From positions 511-64,510 of the IMG/VR virus record IMGVR_UViG_3300042378_000447: a stretch of DNA of 64,000 nt; one strand, written 5' to 3'. Origin of the DNA: a virus. Taxonomy: Duplodnaviria > Caudoviricetes. The position numbers and the translations under genes are program-made. The notes under the pieces were generated by a model that was not told the DNA's origin, did not search any database, and saw only the letters and a program-made list of their open reading frames with translations. Each line of letters opens with the position of its first letter. Position 1 is the stretch's first letter. Below, piece after piece: positions 36,545 through 46,705 of the stretch.

Positions 36545-37031
36545 TATGTATCCTGAGTTATGGGTGCGGGCTGTTTGCGTTAAATTATACGGTAGCCCCA
36601 TCTGCGATCGCACCTGGCGGAAATACAAGTATATTTGCAAAGTTCCCGACGGTCGCAAAACTCCCAATGATAATGAAGTATTGATTAGCAAAACTCATTG
36701 CCAGTGGTTAATGATGTTGGCGTATATTCGCAGGGAACAAAAGCGAGGTGATAAGCCCCCAGTTGGATGTAAGTCTGGTGTCACCCTCAAGCAAATAATT
36801 ACTCGCTTAAATGAGCCAAGAGTTAAAGCAGCATTAGGACAGGCTTTAGGTGATGAAATTGTTATTGAAGGTATCAAAGGCTGTGATGTACCTTTGTGGT
36901 TAAATCATCAGATTGGGCGATCGCCTCACGTCAGGACACTGAGAAGATGGGCGGAAAAACACGGGCTAGAGTTCCACACTCATCTGCCTGTGCCTAGCAA
37001 AACGCTGGATGCGTTTTTAAAGATTGCTTAA
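36537..37031 (+). CDS. hypothetical protein with HTH-like ends
   Basis: ICDRTWRKY and PHVRTLRRWA. Confidence 0.55.
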   Translation: MSNMYPELWVRAVCVKLYGSPICDRTWRKYKYICKVPDGRKTPNDNEVLISKTHCQWLMMLAYIRREQKRGDKPPVGCKSGVTLKQIITRLNEPRVKAALGQALGDEIVIEGIKGCDVPLWLNHQIGRSPHVRTLRRWAEKHGLEFHTHLPVPSKTLDAFLKIA

Positions 37032-37144
37032 AATATTATACCCCGTCATTGGGGTATTTTTTTAAATAAAATATATTATAATTTGGTTGTACATTCAAGA
37101 TAAATCCTTGGTAAGGAACTAACAGGAAGGTAGTTCCTTATTTC

Positions 37145-37411
37145 TTAACAAGTCTGTAAGTATTCCAATAACCAATTTAATAACTCATTACTTAAATTAA
37201 ACCATTCATTATTTCTACCAAAAATACTTTTATTTTGCCATAGCATTGAGTGTATTCTTTTCTCAGTAATTTTTTCATTCTGTACATTCAGCATGGCAAC
37301 CATCTTTAACTTTTCACCATTACCTACTTGCAATTGGTTAAGTCGTTTAAGCGGATTATTAGAGATACCAATCTTATATAAGTTGTTACTAGATTCAATT
37401 ACGTAAAGCAT
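37145..37411 (-). CDS. GIY-YIG (T5orf172-like) nuclease domain protein
   Basis: LYVI..YKIGISNNPLKRLNQLQVGN..E..IH..EWF. Confidence 0.8.
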   Translation of the reverse strand: MLYVIESSNNLYKIGISNNPLKRLNQLQVGNGEKLKMVAMLNVQNEKITEKRIHSMLWQNKSIFGRNNEWFNLSNELLNWLLEYLQTC

Positions 37412-37471
37412 ATAAACACATAAATTAGTCCCACAAAAAATATAACAGCAAACAGTGGGACTAAAAACCAA

Positions 37472-37651
37472 TTATGGGATATAGCTTATACCCCACTGAT
37501 GTCCCAGAAGTTCAATGTAAGCTGCCCTTTGAGTTTGATATTGCTTGAACAAATTAATCAGAAATTCTTGTGCTTGTTCCCGCGACATTTGCCTTACTTG
37601 AAGTTCAAAAGCAGCTAACTGAAACTGCTGATCAATTGATAATTCAGCCAT
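37472..37651 (-). CDS. nblA: phycobilisome degradation protein NblA (59 aa, not in ORF track)
   Basis: manual translation MAELSIDQQFQLAAFELQVRQMSREQAQEFLINLFKQYQTQRAAYIELLGHQWGISYIP fits the NblA consensus LS.EQQF..F..QV..MS.EQA..L..L..Q...R..Y..LL.HQWG. Confidence 0.9.
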   Translation of the reverse strand: MAELSIDQQFQLAAFELQVRQMSREQAQEFLINLFKQYQTQRAAYIELLGHQWGISYIP

Positions 37652-37821
37652 AATATTAATCCTTGAAACTACTAATTATTATTGCAGATATTTTTATTGT
37701 TGCCAATTGAATAATTGACATTTTAATAAATAAAAGTTAAGCTAATAAAATCTCGAATAAAGTTAACAGGTTTGTCACCACTAGCAACAAAAACCTCTTT
37801 TTTGTTGCTTTTTTAACAACT

Positions 37822-38391
37822 TTGATCATGAAATATATCAATTACATTAATGCCCTTTCTGAGAATATACGACACAAATCTCTTAGCACTATAGAGAGAG
37901 ACATCGTGAGCCTTCTTTGCGACGGAAAGACTTACATAGAAATAGCAGAAAAGTTAAGTTACGACGATGGTTATGTTGGGTCTGTATCCAGAGAACTCTA
38001 TGGATTGATAGGACAAAAACATAAAGTTAAAGTTACCCGCTCAAACTTAATTTCTGTTTTGGATTCAGTAATGGGTGGTGAAATAGACAACACATTTAAT
38101 GTTTGTCACAACATTAAAGAAGCAGTCGTTTTTAATCGTGACATCCTCAAATTCAATCAGAATGAAATACTAATTAATGTATCTACATTCTGGAAATTTG
38201 ATGTTAAGAATAATGTCTTAATCCTCAAGACTCAATATCCAGTTATCCTCAGTTTAAGTGAGCTAGAAACCAATTCATTTAAGACAATCTTACACTTAAG
38301 TCGGCAAGAACAATTATCAGGAGACGCGCTATTAGAACTATTTAAAATTCTCAATAGCTACTACAGCGAGACAAACATTGAACATCAGTAA
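37822..38391 (+). CDS. LuxR-like HTH protein
   Basis: LSTIERDIVSLLCDGKTYIEIAEKLSY. Confidence 0.6.
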   Translation: MIMKYINYINALSENIRHKSLSTIERDIVSLLCDGKTYIEIAEKLSYDDGYVGSVSRELYGLIGQKHKVKVTRSNLISVLDSVMGGEIDNTFNVCHNIKEAVVFNRDILKFNQNEILINVSTFWKFDVKNNVLILKTQYPVILSLSELETNSFKTILHLSRQEQLSGDALLELFKILNSYYSETNIEHQ

Positions 38392-38396
38392 CTATC

Positions 38397-38870
38397 ATGA
38401 TCGGCAAAGAACAATTAGAAATTATTGCTCGTGAAAAATGCCCCAAAGCTGCCAAGATACTGGGAATTGAATTATCGAAAGTACGGTATTACAGAAGAAG
38501 AATTGTGGAAGGACATATTAATATTGTAGTTCCAAAAAGAGAATTAACTACACCAAGAAAATGGACTACTGAAGAAGACAGAACTTTAATGAAAGAAATT
38601 GAAAACAGCCACATTGCACAAGTCGGAATTGCGCTTAAAAGAACCAGAGAAGATGTTGAAAAAAGACTTAGCTTGATGCTGAAAAAAGAGAAAGTTAAGC
38701 TACCAATACTTGACATTTTAATTCAGTTCCCTGATATGCTACCCGGTCAAATTAAACAAGCAAAAAGTATCTATGAATATAGCCCTCAAAGTGCGCTTAG
38801 ATATTGTCAAGTAATCAAAGATTATGATAAAAAATATGTACCAAATGAAGAACAAATTAATAGTCTTTGA
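38397..38870 (+). CDS. hypothetical DNA-binding protein (Myb-like repeat)
   Basis: RKWTTEEDRTL..LKRT. Confidence 0.5.
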   Translation: MIGKEQLEIIAREKCPKAAKILGIELSKVRYYRRRIVEGHINIVVPKRELTTPRKWTTEEDRTLMKEIENSHIAQVGIALKRTREDVEKRLSLMLKKEKVKLPILDILIQFPDMLPGQIKQAKSIYEYSPQSALRYCQVIKDYDKKYVPNEEQINSL

Positions 38871-39456
38871 AGGAACTGATGGGTGTGGGAAGACCACTCA
38901 AATACAATTGTGCTATGAGTGGATGCAAGGATTGGGCTTGCCTGTCGTAACCACCCGTGAGCCAGGAGGGACAGAATTAGGAAAAGACTTACGGGAAATA
39001 CTGCTGAATAAATCACCGTACAAAATTGCAGAATTATTTCTGTATCTTGCTGATAGAGCGCAGCACATCCAGGAAGTAATAGTGCCTAATTTAATGGAAG
39101 GAAAATATGTTTTGTGCGATCGCTATATTGACTCAACATTTGCTTATCAAGGATATGGCAGGGACATAGATCCAAGCTTTATTTTTGAGCTAAATAATTT
39201 AGCTACTAACGGGCTAAAAGCCGGAATGACTGTATGGATAAATGTAGATGTGGAAGTAGGGCTAAGACGAAAAGCCACACGCAGAAATTTAGACAGAATT
39301 GAGAAAGAAGATATTAACTTTCATTTACGTATCCAAAAAGCATACAACTTTTTGCACAAACTTAAGCGCCATCCAATCATCCAAGTAGATGGGAACAGAA
39401 AAAAAGAAGACGTACAAGCAATCATACAGCACCACCTAAAACAATACTTAGTTTAG
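38845..39456 (+). CDS. tmk: thymidylate kinase
   Basis: FEGTDGCGKTTQ, TREPGGT, LYLADRAQH, LCDRYIDSTFAYQG. Confidence 0.92.
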   Translation: MKNKLIVFEGTDGCGKTTQIQLCYEWMQGLGLPVVTTREPGGTELGKDLREILLNKSPYKIAELFLYLADRAQHIQEVIVPNLMEGKYVLCDRYIDSTFAYQGYGRDIDPSFIFELNNLATNGLKAGMTVWINVDVEVGLRRKATRRNLDRIEKEDINFHLRIQKAYNFLHKLKRHPIIQVDGNRKKEDVQAIIQHHLKQYLV

Positions 39457-39603
39457 TTAAATCCCCAGTTCTTCTATCAAGGATTGGGGATTTTTGTATT
39501 TACTTATCTGCTTCATGTCTTAAATAAATTTATTAATTCCGTATTGACATTATTTTCTTTATCCCTTATTATAGAAACATGAACAAATACAGGGGATAAA
39601 GAA

Positions 39604-40239
39604 ATGTCCACAACCATCTCTTTCAAGATCCGTACAATCAAGCATCAAATTCAAGCCTGTTTGCAGGCTATAAAGAATGGTTTAAAGTCATTTGTTGACC
39701 GACTGTGTGTATTAGAAGCAAAATTAGAGGCAATGATGACAACACAGACAGAGCCAAAAACAGAACCAAAATATATTGAGCTTAATTCAAATCGTTCCAA
39801 AGGCATTAATGCTTATTTAGTGCAAGAAGGATCGGGCTATCAGCACAACGATTATGGCACTCCCATAGACGATGAGAATCAGCAGCGGGCATACAGAAAG
39901 AAATCGCACGTGGTCAAAGTCAGAATTGATAACCTAGCAGATGGAATTTACCGCTTTGTTGAAGCGGCTGGGCAATACGCTCACAAGATTGAAAAGGGAT
40001 GGCTAAAAATTATAAATGGTCAGATTGTTCAACAATCTGATACTCTTCCTTCTTTGGTTGTGGGAACTGATGCTGAATCACTTCCTGAATTAAAAGGCAG
40101 CGACAAACAAATCGACTGGGCTTTTTCTATCAGGGAAAAAGCGATCGCCAAATTAAAATTACAGCAAAAACCAATCCCTGATTGGTTTTTCACTGAAAAA
40201 TCAGCAAAAATATGGATTGACAAGCGTGACGAAATATAG
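39604..40239 (+). CDS. hypothetical phage protein
   Basis: LPELKGSDKQIDWA..IR..SAKIWID C-terminal motif common in phages; TTGACA promoter. Confidence 0.65.
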   Translation: MSTTISFKIRTIKHQIQACLQAIKNGLKSFVDRLCVLEAKLEAMMTTQTEPKTEPKYIELNSNRSKGINAYLVQEGSGYQHNDYGTPIDDENQQRAYRKKSHVVKVRIDNLADGIYRFVEAAGQYAHKIEKGWLKIINGQIVQQSDTLPSLVVGTDAESLPELKGSDKQIDWAFSIREKAIAKLKLQQKPIPDWFFTEKSAKIWIDKRDEI

Positions 40240-40726
40240 CACCGTTAAATACACAGCTTGTTACGCTTACACAAGCTACAATAAACTTTCAGATTCTCAT
40301 GCTAAAAGCATAGCTTCTGGAAATTACAATGATATCCCAGATGTCATTGAGACAGGTTTAGGAGATATAGATATCGCTGACGATATCTATATGATAGAAG
40401 CTTACGAAAATCCCGGTAAGCTTTGGAGTCATTGTAAAAAGTCTGATTGGTATACTCATATACCAACGGGAATAAAGATAAAAAAGGAAGTCAAGAAGTC
40501 TCCCAACTACGACAAACCGTTTGGTAATGGAACTAGTGAAACAACACTAAAGGTCAAAATCCCTGTACCTGATGGGAGAGGAAAAAACCCCAACTCCCAC
40601 AACAATAAGCCAAAAATTGACGGTACTTCTCGTCAGATTAAATTGTCAGAAGAGGAATGGAAAATTTTGAAAAACCTTGGGGAAGGGAAAGGATATTCCC
40701 AAGGAATCAGAAACCTTCTCAATTAA
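40217..40726 (+). CDS. hypothetical protein
   Basis: ORF; terminator after 40740. Confidence 0.55.
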   Translation: MTSVTKYSTVKYTACYAYTSYNKLSDSHAKSIASGNYNDIPDVIETGLGDIDIADDIYMIEAYENPGKLWSHCKKSDWYTHIPTGIKIKKEVKKSPNYDKPFGNGTSETTLKVKIPVPDGRGKNPNSHNNKPKIDGTSRQIKLSEEEWKILKNLGEGKGYSQGIRNLLN

Positions 40727-41118
40727 ATGATACTAAAACAAAACCCTGTACATCAACTACAGGGTTTTTTCTTTTTCAAGAATTTTGTCCTTAAGCAATC
40801 GTGCCAGTGACAAAAAACCAAGTTTTTACCTTCAAAATAACTCAATTAAACCGGTGACAATTGCGCCGGATGCTCATTCTATCGTAAGTGGATTATGCCG
40901 TTAGTTATTGGGAATTTTAACAGCCATAGCGCGAACTTATTGCTATACAAAGATTTAAACCAATGACAGGCAATTGGCACGATTGAAACCAGAAAATTAA
41001 AGCCCTGATTTTCAAGGGTTTTGGTGTTTCCACAATCAAAAAAAATAGCGATCGCCTAACGGAAAAGGCAATCGCTTATATGAGTGTTTCGTAGGTACTA
41101 CTATACCATAGTATAGCA

Positions 41119-41550
41119 TTATGCGAGTAGTTGCTCAACCAATTCCTCACTTAGATATCTGTAGCATTGTGGTGGGTTGATTCCCAGTTCTTTCATCTTG
41201 GGTAATGTTACAAGATTAATTTTTTGAGGGTCTTTAAGCTTAATTCCATATCCACATCTCCCGCCTAAATATTCTTCTATATCGTACATGGAAAGGCATA
41301 ATTCACTAGTAAACTTATGCCACTCAGTGCAGGTTTGCTCCAATATCTCAACAGGTGTCACTTTTCCTACAATTGCTGCTGTGGGCTTGGTTTCATACAT
41401 TAGTATTTGAGTAAATTCAGGGAAAAAAACTGGCTTAATGGCTTTTGGACTTCTTTTCCTTGGACTTCTTTTCCTAAGCTCTATCGTCTTGTTCCCTGCG
41501 AGAATATTTTGGCAGTGGACAGGGTGCAAGCTGATTAATAGGGTGTCCAT
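41119..41550 (-). CDS. ASCH domain protein
   Basis: ISLHP..ILAGNKTIELRK..YETKP..IVG..PPQ..YRY. Confidence 0.8.
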   Translation of the reverse strand: MDTLLISLHPVHCQNILAGNKTIELRKRSPRKRSPKAIKPVFFPEFTQILMYETKPTAAIVGKVTPVEILEQTCTEWHKFTSELCLSMYDIEEYLGGRCGYGIKLKDPQKINLVTLPKMKELGINPPQCYRYLSEELVEQLLA

Positions 41551-41565
41551 CGTTTTATCTTCCTT

Positions 41566-42210
41566 TTATTTGTGAATTAATGTTAGTGCTGAGTTCTGCT
41601 TGCCTAAACGAATGTCAAAGATAGCGTCGTAACATTGACGACCACTGTTCATGACTGGCTTTCCGTTCTTAAATTGTGGAACACCACCAATGAATTTTTG
41701 TTGCTTACTCATAGGGATGCTGTCTTTCAGGTAATCCACTCTGTCAGCAACAGGGTAAACATGATGGATATGTGCATCCAAAGATTCCCAAGCTTTAGCT
41801 CTTCCTTGAGAGCAGTTCCAATCCAAAGGCATTAAAAATAGTAAACGGGAATTGGGGCTATCATTGAGCAGTTCCAAGGATTTAGCAACCGCCTCAACGC
41901 ACAAAGAAAAAGGTGGGTTTGAGATGATAAGGTCACATCCCCATTTAGAAACACCGCTAAAAAAGTTGCCATTTACCCAAGTAGCTGACTTGGCTTTTTC
42001 TTTCCCTTCCAAAAATCGGGAATACTTGATTTCTACACATTCTACTGAGCGATCGCCTGGTAGGTATTTAGCTATTTGACCTGAACCAGCAAATGGTTCT
42101 AAGATTTCTCTGTCTGTAAGCAAGACTAGATTAGCCATTGCTTTGGCTAATCTAGTCAGGTGTTTCATAGTCATCGTTCGTAAAATCACTGACAGTAAGC
42201 TGCTCTTCAA
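41566..42210 (-). CDS. N6-adenine DNA methyltransferase
   Basis: ILEPFAGSG, ISNPPF. Confidence 0.8.
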   Translation of the reverse strand: MKSSLLSVILRTMTMKHLTRLAKAMANLVLLTDREILEPFAGSGQIAKYLPGDRSVECVEIKYSRFLEGKEKAKSATWVNGNFFSGVSKWGCDLIISNPPFSLCVEAVAKSLELLNDSPNSRLLFLMPLDWNCSQGRAKAWESLDAHIHHVYPVADRVDYLKDSIPMSKQQKFIGGVPQFKNGKPVMNSGRQCYDAIFDIRLGKQNSALTLIHK

Positions 42211-42225
42211 AGAGTGTTAATTGAT

Positions 42226-42546
42226 TCATTGCTCTTCTATTATTTCTAAAATGCGACGTATTTGATCCGGTGTGAGCAAATCAAGTTTTCTGGTTGCAAC
42301 TTGAAGTTTTTTAAGATTATCTTTGTGTTGAATGTAGTTGCTGTATGATTCTTGTGAATCAAATAATACAGCATTGTACTCTTGGACGACAATAGGGAAA
42401 TCCCCTATCTGAACTTTTATTACATCATAATCAACACGAACATAAAAGTATGTCCGTCCTACTTTCTCTACAATTCCTTGAGAAATCTTACCTCTTGTTT
42501 TGTTGTAAGATATATCCAAAAAAATTAAACTATCTCCAACCTTCAT
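42226..42546 (-). CDS. hypothetical phage protein
   Basis: VEKVGRTYF motif; GGAG RBS. Confidence 0.6.
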   Translation of the reverse strand: MKVGDSLIFLDISYNKTRGKISQGIVEKVGRTYFYVRVDYDVIKVQIGDFPIVVQEYNAVLFDSQESYSNYIQHKDNLKKLQVATRKLDLLTPDQIRRILEIIEEQ

Positions 42547-42631
42547 CTGTTACTCCAAGTATAAAAAATATCCCCTAAAAAGGGGACTGTGAAAGCTTTA
42601 AGTGCGGATCTTTCATGATCCGCAAATAACA

Positions 42632-42859
42632 CTAAAAGACATCTACAACAGGACTGCTGTAGCCATATTTGGCTGACCAGCTTAAACCTGACCATGTAGT
42701 GACACGGGTGATTTTCCCGTTTTTCACCTCAAGTCTTGCTTGTTCTGTGGGAACTTCACCAAAGTGAAATTCATCATTTTTGGAAAAATCAGCACCCAAT
42801 AAAGTGCGAAGTGCTTCAGCACTTTTCCAATTAGCAATAATAAATTCTTTAACGTCCAT
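42632..42859 (-). CDS. hypothetical protein
   Basis: AGGAG RBS. Confidence 0.55.
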   Translation of the reverse strand: MDVKEFIIANWKSAEALRTLLGADFSKNDEFHFGEVPTEQARLEVKNGKITRVTTWSGLSWSAKYGYSSPVVDVF

Positions 42860-42953
42860 GTCTGTCTCCTGTGGGGTGTAAATAGGATTCCCACTACTAC
42901 CGGGGTGGTAGTTTCGGACGGTAGCCAGCCGCCCATCATCAGGTGGGTTGAAG

Positions 42954-43271
42954 CTAAAAAGTAAAAGGTTGCCAGCCCGGCTTTACCCTACGCCTTTTGA
43001 GACTTTCTTCTTCTTCTTTTAATTGTTCCTCTAAGAAATGTCTGGAATAAGTATCCACCCCATCTTCCATTACGAAGATGTCGCCCAGAGGGGCGCGTTT
43101 AACTGGAGTGAGTGGTGTCAGCCACTCACAATCGTCAGGTATTTCTTTAATTTCCCCAGCAAGTTTAATGTCAAGGGATTTGGAATAGCCAACCAAGTCT
43201 CCTCCTATTGTTACGTAAGCATACTCTACCAGGTGATAGGTATATCCATCTACTATCATTGTTGTTTCCAT
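42954..43271 (-). CDS. hypothetical protein
   Basis: ORF. Confidence 0.55.
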   Translation of the reverse strand: METTMIVDGYTYHLVEYAYVTIGGDLVGYSKSLDIKLAGEIKEIPDDCEWLTPLTPVKRAPLGDIFVMEDGVDTYSRHFLEEQLKEEEESLKRRRVKPGWQPFTF

Positions 43272-43333
43272 TTTATTTTGCTCTTCAGTATTTACAACAG
43301 CAGTTTACTGACGTGCTTAGGTCAAGTAGTAGA

Positions 43334-44599
43334 CTAAGCTACTGATTGCACCCACTTCTCAAAAGGCTTGACAATGCCGCCTTTACTCTTTTGTAAAGCT
43401 TTGTACTCTTGATATTGCTCTTTGTGTAATTTTTCTTGCTGGTGCTTAATCTCTTCTTGAGCAGCAAGCAGTTCACTTACTCGTTTGCGTTCAGCTAACA
43501 GGCTGTTTATGTGATTCATAACCACATCCCGGTTTGAACCCAAAGATTTAGATTCGCGGGTACGTTCACCACGGGTACGGTCTTCACATTGTTGCCACAC
43601 CGTCCCGTCCTGGCTATTCCACCAGAACGAGTAGATGTAATCATCACCAATCCAGAAACGATTAACGTTTCCGTTGCTGGTAATTTCCTTTTCAACCCAT
43701 TCGGGTTTTGGTATAGCCAGTTTAGCGGCTTTTTCGTCCGCTATTTTTGCTAGTCTTTTTGCACTTAATTCCCGTGCTTCCGAAAGGTTTTTTACCCCGT
43801 TGTTTAAAATTATATCTACCAAATGATCAACTTCTTTTTTCAAGATTTCGGCTTCAGAAGGGAACAATATTTTCCCTTCTATATTGGTATCTGACCAATA
43901 TAGATACGTGCCAATGACGTACTCATATTCTGTTACCCATGTCTTGTGACTAACCGAATCTCCCATTCGATTGGTAGAATGAGTTGATGTTTGAGATCTT
44001 CTTGTATTTCCTGTTGAAAATGCTGGAAGACCCTGGCATTCTTGAGGGAGGTTTAATTTGTTGTGATAGCTTTTATCTTTGTCTTTAAAAGGCACGGATA
44101 TCAACCCTGCCAACCCTAATTTAGCAGGATTTTTTAGATCCTCGAAAGTTAAGTTCAGCCGATGTAATTCATCGGCTACTGTGTTTTTTTCAGTAATTAT
44201 TACTGCTTCTTTAATTATTTTTTTCTTTACTTCGTCATCTTCACCCCAGGAAAGACACTGGTGCAGTCTGTCACAATCAGTGTCTACACTGCCATAGATG
44301 GCGATTTCTAATTTATACCAGTCTAAATCTTCTGGATTTAGGCTGGTGATAATAACAGCCTTTAGTTCAGAGGCGTTTAACACCCCATTTAATTCATCTG
44401 CTAATTTTTTTTGAATTTCAGGGTGAAGTTCTGTAACGTTAATTTTGAACATTTTTGTCTCCTTTGTCTGTTCCTGATGCTCCAATTGAGCATCAATTTC
44501 CATCAACTCATCTACCCAGCGGTAGATGTTTTGTTGACCCCTCCCGACGCGGGAGATTAAGTTGATCAATACCTGTCTTCTTTTTACTAAGTCCATCAC
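43334..44599 (-). CDS. hypothetical protein
   Basis: long ORF after TTGACA promoter; internal GGAGAC-ATG at ~44451 may be the main start. Confidence 0.65.
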   Translation of the reverse strand: MMDLVKRRQVLINLISRVGRGQQNIYRWVDELMEIDAQLEHQEQTKETKMFKINVTELHPEIQKKLADELNGVLNASELKAVIITSLNPEDLDWYKLEIAIYGSVDTDCDRLHQCLSWGEDDEVKKKIIKEAVIITEKNTVADELHRLNLTFEDLKNPAKLGLAGLISVPFKDKDKSYHNKLNLPQECQGLPAFSTGNTRRSQTSTHSTNRMGDSVSHKTWVTEYEYVIGTYLYWSDTNIEGKILFPSEAEILKKEVDHLVDIILNNGVKNLSEARELSAKRLAKIADEKAAKLAIPKPEWVEKEITSNGNVNRFWIGDDYIYSFWWNSQDGTVWQQCEDRTRGERTRESKSLGSNRDVVMNHINSLLAERKRVSELLAAQEEIKHQQEKLHKEQYQEYKALQKSKGGIVKPFEKWVQSVA

Positions 44600-44657
44600 A
44601 CCCTCCCGCGTCGTTTGTTTTTCTATATTTCCATTATGTATGGATAGAATGAAATTG

Positions 44658-44864
44658 TCAAGCCTTTTCCAAAACTTTTTTTTCAGTCTCCAGAAAAGCA
44701 GCCATACCCCTTGCTACGTCTGGGTTTCGGACAATTCTCTCAATTAGCTCACCAAAGGCTATACATAAATGGTCTGCGTAACACTGATATACACATCTAG
44801 CTGTTGGAGTAAGCCTAAGCGTAACTCTTACTTTGTTTTTACCGTAATCTGATGGTCGTGCCAT
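44658..44864 (-). CDS. RHH-like protein, paralog of 50933-51154
   Basis: YG..K..LT..A..Y..YA..ELIE..RNPDV.RG.A.F.E shared. Confidence 0.6.
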   Translation of the reverse strand: MARPSDYGKNKVRVTLRLTPTARCVYQCYADHLCIAFGELIERIVRNPDVARGMAAFLETEKKVLEKA

Positions 44865-44872
44865 AATTTCCT

Positions 44873-45238
44873 TTAATTATTGATGTCTGCTAATTCTATC
44901 ATGTCATCTTTCAATTCACCGCTTAAATATTCAACATACTTAGCAGTAATTAAAGAGATTAAGCGTTGCTGTTCTATGGGTGGTAGTCCCAACGCTACGC
45001 CTAAAACATCTTCTGCCGTTTTTGGTTTTGCCCCGCCCAAACCCAAATATTGATCCAATTCAAAACCGGGACGGCAACCCATAGCCAAACACAAATCTAC
45101 GTATTTCTCTAGTCCAGGCGACACTTTATCCGCTTGCCACTCACTCAAAGTCCCTTGAGAGACTTTAGATTTTTTAGCAGCCTGATTCATACTAGAAGCC
45201 CGGCTACATATAGACTTGATTAATCTTCCTGCTTTCAT
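44873..45238 (-). CDS. XRE-family HTH regulator
   Basis: SMNQAAKKSKVSQGTLSEWQADKVSP. Confidence 0.75.
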   Translation of the reverse strand: MKAGRLIKSICSRASSMNQAAKKSKVSQGTLSEWQADKVSPGLEKYVDLCLAMGCRPGFELDQYLGLGGAKPKTAEDVLGVALGLPPIEQQRLISLITAKYVEYLSGELKDDMIELADINN

Positions 45239-45241
45239 ACT

Positions 45242-45619
45242 TTAATTCTCAATATTGTTCAAAAGGGGTAAGTCTGCGTAAATATCTGTAGCTTCATCTG
45301 TACTACTGTCAGTCTCAGATGCAATATCAATGAAGTCATAAATATCTAAAGTCTTGCCTTTATCATCAAAAATTAGTCCTGATGATGCGATCGCTTCAAG
45401 GGTATTAAAGTTGGGCATTACAGAGGAGTTTTCAATGCAGCTAATGGTTTTAAAGTGAACCGAATTACCTTCAGTAGAACTCAAGTCAGCAAGTTCCCTT
45501 AAGGTCAGTTGCCTGGCTTCGCGGGATCTGCGGACTATGCCACCTAATTTAGCTAGTCCCTTTTTGGTCCAAATCTTTCTAACAGCTTTCATATTTGTGT
45601 AACACAATAACATAATCAC
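45242..45619 (-). CDS. XRE-family HTH regulator (repressor-like)
   Basis: LGGIVRRSREARQLTLRELA..TISCIEN..P.FNTLEAIA; divergent from 45688. Confidence 0.75.
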   Translation of the reverse strand: MIMLLCYTNMKAVRKIWTKKGLAKLGGIVRRSREARQLTLRELADLSSTEGNSVHFKTISCIENSSVMPNFNTLEAIASSGLIFDDKGKTLDIYDFIDIASETDSSTDEATDIYADLPLLNNIEN

Positions 45620-45687
45620 ACAATAGATTAAAAATGATAAAGATAACGTAAAGTTATATATTTCTTTTGTAAATTACAATAGATTAT

Positions 45688-45930
45688 GTGCTACAATTAA
45701 ATTGTGTTACACACAAGATAATACTAAGTAAAACAGTGTTTATGACAAAGCAATTAACTAGAAATCAGACTCCAGCGCGGGAAAAATCAATGATCAGGAT
45801 TCCGCGAGATTTGTACAAAACAATCAAAATTTTGGCTGTGACAAATGATGAAGAAATTGGACTTTTAGTAGAGAATCTTTTAGCTATTGGACTAAAAGAA
45901 TTTAAAAAAAACGAAAAGGTTGCAGCATGA
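45688..45930 (+). CDS. Arc/RHH-like regulator (Cro position)
   Basis: MIRIPRDLYKTIKILA; divergent from the XRE pair. Confidence 0.6.
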   Translation: MLQLNCVTHKIILSKTVFMTKQLTRNQTPAREKSMIRIPRDLYKTIKILAVTNDEEIGLLVENLLAIGLKEFKKNEKVAA

Positions 45931-46280
45931 AAAGTAATCCTTTTGATGATATTTCCCACATAGATGGTGACGGGGAATACTGGTTAGCCCGCGAATTAGC
46001 CCCTCTTGTAAGCACAAATTGGGCAACATTCAAACACTCAATAGATAGAGTCAAGCAACTACTTCAAAATACAAAAGAATTTCCTCAGAAACATCTTTTA
46101 AAATTAGTTGTCCCAAATCCAAGTAGCAAAATTGGGCGCAACCACCTTGACTTCAGACTTTCAAAATACGGAGCTTATTTAGTAGTCGTGAATCTAGACC
46201 CTTGGGATTACAACACTGCTAACGCGCAACTATATTTTACAACCAAGTTTTTGAAACAAAAAGGAAGAAATGACACTTGA
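45927..46280 (+). CDS. BRO-N/DinD-like protein
   Basis: GEYWLARELAPL..W..F..I.R..DFRLSKYGAYLV..N.DP..AQ.YF. Confidence 0.7.
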   Translation: MKSNPFDDISHIDGDGEYWLARELAPLVSTNWATFKHSIDRVKQLLQNTKEFPQKHLLKLVVPNPSSKIGRNHLDFRLSKYGAYLVVVNLDPWDYNTANAQLYFTTKFLKQKGRNDT

Positions 46281-46455
46281 ATCAAAGATTATGGAATTTA
46301 CCAAAGTTGAGCGGACTCAGAAAGAAATCATTGATAATTTTCCAGAATATCCGCTCAATGAAATCACCATTTGCCTAAGAGATTTAGAGATGCGCCAAAA
46401 GATAACAATAGACATTAAATACCGTGCAAATACCACCATTGAAAATAGCATCTAA
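46270..46455 (+). CDS. small winged-helix-like protein
   Basis: operon-coupled ORF. Confidence 0.45.
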   Translation: MTLESKIMEFTKVERTQKEIIDNFPEYPLNEITICLRDLEMRQKITIDIKYRANTTIENSI

Positions 46456-46705
46456 AGACTTAAAGGGACTGCCTAGACCATCTAAAACAGAACCATGGGA
46501 GACATTAACCAGACCAACTTACTGGTTCGGCGATCGCCTACTCACAAATAAAGGATGGGGAATTTGTACAGGTATCAGACAAATTAGCACAGGTGACTGG
46601 CTTTATTACATTCAACTAGACAAGCCACCACACCTCCAGTCACCAACCCAAATTTTTATTGACTTAGAAATACTAAAACATTACACAGGAGAGCATCATG
46701 AATGA
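46424..46705 (+). CDS. hypothetical protein
   Basis: operon-coupled ORF. Confidence 0.5.
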   Translation: MQIPPLKIASKDLKGLPRPSKTEPWETLTRPTYWFGDRLLTNKGWGICTGIRQISTGDWLYYIQLDKPPHLQSPTQIFIDLEILKHYTGEHHE

